Shown here piece after piece: positions 60,927-64,000 of a stretch of 64,000 nucleotides of DNA. Under the pieces are notes generated by a model, which made no database searches, was not told the DNA's origin, and saw only the letters and a program-made list of their open reading frames with translations. The stretch comes from an uncultured delta proteobacterium (lineage in GTDB: Bacteria > Desulfobacterota > Binatia > Bin18), in assembly GCA_963733195.1 (NCBI GenBank), contig CAVTCR010000059.1, positions 160,001 to 224,000 on the forward strand, in the 5' to 3' direction. How positions within the stretch are numbered: position 1 is the first letter of the stretch; each line of letters opens with the position of its first letter. The position numbers were made by a program, and so were the translations under genes.

Positions 60927-61201
60927 GTTTGATGACACCGAGGAGCGGAGAACTGGAGACTTGAAGATGACTGCTCTGGTTCTTCTCTTCTGTTCTCTGT
61001 TTCCTCGACAACGCATTGCCTATCTTAACCAGTGTCAATTGTTAGTGATCGTCAAATTTACTTGACACTCTTGCTCCACGCCGGACTCTCCTGAACTTTC
61101 TTGCCGGCGTCGCCACCTCACGGTAACTACAGTTGACGACCGCGATTCCAGTCTATGCCCAAGATCTGCAAATTCCTTGTGAAAATAAGACGGCTAGGTG
61201 A

Positions 61202-61217
61202 TGGCGTGATCATTGCG
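61202..61217 (+). promoter_or_regulatory. Putative sigma54 promoter
   Basis: TGGCGTGATCATTGCG (GG-N10-GC) about 40 bp upstream of ATG 61256, which has an AGGAGG. Confidence 0.6.
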
Positions 61218-61255
61218 CTGGAACGCTACAGAACTTTACACAGGAGGGGAACCCT

Positions 61256-62201
61256 ATGGCTGTAAGAAGAAGCGGAACTGCGGGTGCTGGTGAGCAACCT
61301 ACTATTGCGACGACAATGTGGGACGATGGAGGCACATAGTCGACTTTTAGAAGAAGACCCAAACTTTCGTCGAAACCAACGGGAGCTTGAGCATACCGTG
61401 GCTCGCCGGATGGCACTGGAAAGAGGAGCGCTGAGAACGGGAGGGCCACTCACTATCTCGGTTGTCGTTCACGTTGTGTATAATACGCCGACTGAGAATA
61501 TCACTTTGTCGCAGATCAGGAGCCAGATTCGCGTCTTGAATCGCGATTTCCGCGCGAAAAATCCAGACAAGTCCAAAGCGCCGACAGTCTGGAAAGGATT
61601 AGTTGCTGATACTAACGTTCAGTTTGTGCTTGCTAAGAAAGATCCCACAGGTAAACCGACTTCCGGCGTCACGCGGACAAAGACGAACCGAACGTCATTC
61701 AGAGCTGATGATGCGATGAAATCGACAACCAGCGGCGGAGTGAATCCGTGGCCCACGGATAGATACCTGAACATCTGGGTTTGTAACCTTGGAGGTGGGC
61801 TTCTTGGCTATGCTCAATTTCCAGGTGGTCCTGCGCAAACCGACGGCGTTGTCATTACCCATAGGGGATTCGGGACGACTGGGACCGCAGCTGCTCCATT
61901 TAAGTTGGGGCGAACCACAACCCATGAAATCGGGCACTACTTGAATCTGCGCCACATTTGGGCTGATACAGAGGATTGTAGCGCAAGCGATTTTGTTGCT
62001 GATACCCCGAATGCAGAGGGCCCGAACTTCGGCAAACCGACGTTTCCTCACGTCTCCTGTAGCAACGCTCCCAATGGCGATATGTTCATGAACTACATGG
62101 ATTACGTGGATGATGATTCCATGTTTATGTTTTCAACCCAACAGGTAGCGCGGATGCATACAACGCTCGATGGTCCTCGGAAGAAGCTGGTCACTCCTTA
62201 A
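61256..62201 (+). CDS. Zinc metalloprotease, M43 (pappalysin/ulilysin) family; 5' frameshift likely
   Basis: HEIGHYLNLRH zinc motif, NYMDY Met-turn, RRQCGT cysteine-switch-like propeptide. Confidence 0.9.
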
Positions 62202-62218
62202 AGTTACACGGGGGGGCG

Positions 62219-62553
62219 ATGGCAAAGAAAATCAAGCGAGAAATCCTCTGCCAGCATTGGATGCATGCATGGGAGGAAGACACGCAGACAGAGCGAGTTT
62301 TCCGGCCTGCGACCTACGAGTTCAAACTTTCCCGTCGCCCTCGAGACTCCTTTGAACTGAAACCCGATGGCACTGTGGTTGAGGGAAGGCACGCCAGCAG
62401 CGACTGATCGCGTGCAAGAATCCCAAGGAACCTGGGAACTCATCAGATGACAACCAGCTTGTTTTCTATACCGGGTCACAATCTGAACCTACGAAAAAGC
62501 TGCGGATTGCCTCAGCAAGTAAGGACCGGTTGGTCATCAAGCAGGGCAAGTAA
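62219..62553 (+). CDS. Small beta-rich protein downstream of the protease; frameshift near 62395
   Basis: QHWMHAWEEDT...VFRPATYEF, continuing ATDRVQESQGTWEL...SKDRLVIKQGK* in the next frame. Confidence 0.65.
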
Positions 62554-62679
62554 GCAGTCATTTCTTCCAAGCTGTAAGAAATGATGGACTGACAGGGACG
62601 AGTGTCCCAGTCAATCCCACACCAGGGCTCTCGGGTTTCTTGTGTAATGCAGGACTTACGCTCAGTGGCCGTTAATTCC

Positions 62680-63037
62680 CATATATGGTGGTTTGTCTCG
62701 TGTTTTAGCCCTACATGTGGGAGTCGAGCGGATACGGGTCTTTGTGCAGTTACAGACGTTGCTGAAGCCGTTTGGGCTGGTGCACTTTTACACTGATGCG
62801 GCCGGAGTCTATGCGCGTCATCTTCCGGCCTCTGCTCATACTGTCGGCAAACTCCATACGCAGCAGATCGAACGGAAACATCTGACGCTACGGACACGGA
62901 TTAAACGACTAGCACGGAAAACAATTTGTTTTTCAAAATCGGTCTTCATGCATGACACCGTGATTGGCCTCTTTGTGAATCGCTACGAATTTGGTACTTG
63001 ATCTAAGCCACACCATCAACAAGTTGAGAACACGACC
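62680..63037 (+). mobile_element. IS1-family transposase remnant (InsB C-terminal part) with a putative right end
   Basis: FYTD....Y.RHLP...HTVGK..TQQIERKHLTLRTRIKRLARKTICFSKS..MHD; ends ...GAGAACACGACC. Confidence 0.85.
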
Positions 63038-63058
63038 CTCTAACTGAGAGAGGTGTCT

Positions 63059-64000
63059 ATGAAGCTCTCTTCTCTTCTACCCCCTGCTCTGGTTAAACAC
63101 ATTGGTGTATTGCTAACTGTCTTATTCCTGCCGCTTAGCTCGGCCTTGGCTCATCTCCCCCCGATCCTCATCAATGCAGGTGGACCGAAGTACACTGACA
63201 CGGCCGGCGATCTTTGGGTTGCCGATACTCCCTTTGTAAAACCAAGTAATACCTTCAAGACAAGTGCGAGTATTTCCGGTACAAGCGATCCAGCACTCTA
63301 CCAGTCAGAGCGATGGGGAGCGACGTTGTTGTACGGTATCCCCGTAGAGAATGGGCAATACGATGTTGTGGTTCATTTCGCTGAGATCTATTTGAATAAG
63401 GCAGGGGCTCGAATTATTGATGTTTTTGCCGAAGGGATCCTCAAAATTAACGACCTTGATATTTGGTCTCTGGTTGGAAAGAACGCTGCCTACAGTGCCA
63501 CTTTTCCGGTGACGGTATCTGACGGAGTTCTCAGTCTCCAATTTGTAGGGGTCGTGCAGAACGCCAAAGTCTCTGCTATCGAACTTCATGAGCTGGAAGG
63601 ATCCGCAAACCTCGCCCCAGTCGTCAACGCCGGAGCCGATAAGAGTATCACCCTTCCCACATCAACCGTCTCACTGACTGCCACGGCTACAGATGACGGA
63701 ATCCCCAATCCGCCAGCCGCTTTAACCTACGCCTGGACAAAGGTGAATGGTCCGGGAACCGTCACTTTTAATTCACCGTCTGCGCTGAGCACCAGCGTTT
63801 CTTTCACGCAAACCGGAGTTTACGTACTTCGCCTGACGGTATCAGATTCAGCTCTCAGTAGCAGTGATGATGTTGTCGTCACCTTCAACGCGGTGTCCTC
63901 TGGTCCGACGGTGACAAGTTTTACGTTGATTAATGCTAACACCGAGCAACCTATTGCCGCATTTAATCCACTTCTACCGGGGGCAACTCTCAACCTGAGC
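63059..64000 (+). CDS. Secreted malectin-domain plus PKD/Ig-like domain protein; runs off the window end (not in the ORF track)
   Basis: GAGG RBS and ATG 63059; signal peptide, INAGG..YTD...LYQSERW...HFAEIY (malectin), APVVNAGADKSITLP...TDDG.P...YAWTKVNGPG (PKD-like); no stop before 64000. Confidence 0.88.
   Translation, partial: MKLSSLLPPALVKHIGVLLTVLFLPLSSALAHLPPILINAGGPKYTDTAGDLWVADTPFVKPSNTFKTSASISGTSDPALYQSERWGATLLYGIPVENGQYDVVVHFAEIYLNKAGARIIDVFAEGILKINDLDIWSLVGKNAAYSATFPVTVSDGVLSLQFVGVVQNAKVSAIELHELEGSANLAPVVNAGADKSITLPTSTVSLTATATDDGIPNPPAALTYAWTKVNGPGTVTFNSPSALSTSVSFTQTGVYVLRLTVSDSALSSSDDVVVTFNAVSSGPTVTSFTLINANTEQPIAAFNPLLPGATLNLS

Overview
A 64-kb bacterial chromosomal window of moderate GC. 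Gene content resembles Ca. Binatia / former Deltaproteobacteria (inference only). It mixes housekeeping and stress genes (rpoZ-dnaJ-rpoH, trmJ, hsp20-clpB, amgK-murU-like, slyD-like, mltF-like, fhs) with scattered catabolic enzymes: catechol 2,3-dioxygenase, a 2-aminophenol 1,6-dioxygenase beta/alpha pair, a Rieske oxygenase, CoA-transferase III, amidohydrolases, an LLM and an acyl-CoA dehydrogenase. It also holds a type III PKS + ICMT methyltransferase + ABC exporter locus, an ECF sigma/zinc anti-sigma pair divergent from an RnfD/NqrB-like::DUF2330 fusion, a solo IS5-type DUF4096 gene, an IS1 remnant and a scrambled patatin/TSP3 locus. About a dozen ordinary genes carry indel-type frameshifts, which points to long-read consensus errors, so fusions and pseudogene calls need caution. 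The most distinctive non-coding signal is about 10 arrays of degenerate 7-bp (or 8-bp) tandem repeats from several unrelated unit families. Most are paired as inverted arms and start on or next to the upstream stop codon. One inverted pair brackets a core-MetE-like gene inside an amnB-amnA-[metE-like]-fhs cluster. No rRNA, tRNA or CRISPR array was seen. All calls come from reading motifs by eye; no database search was run.
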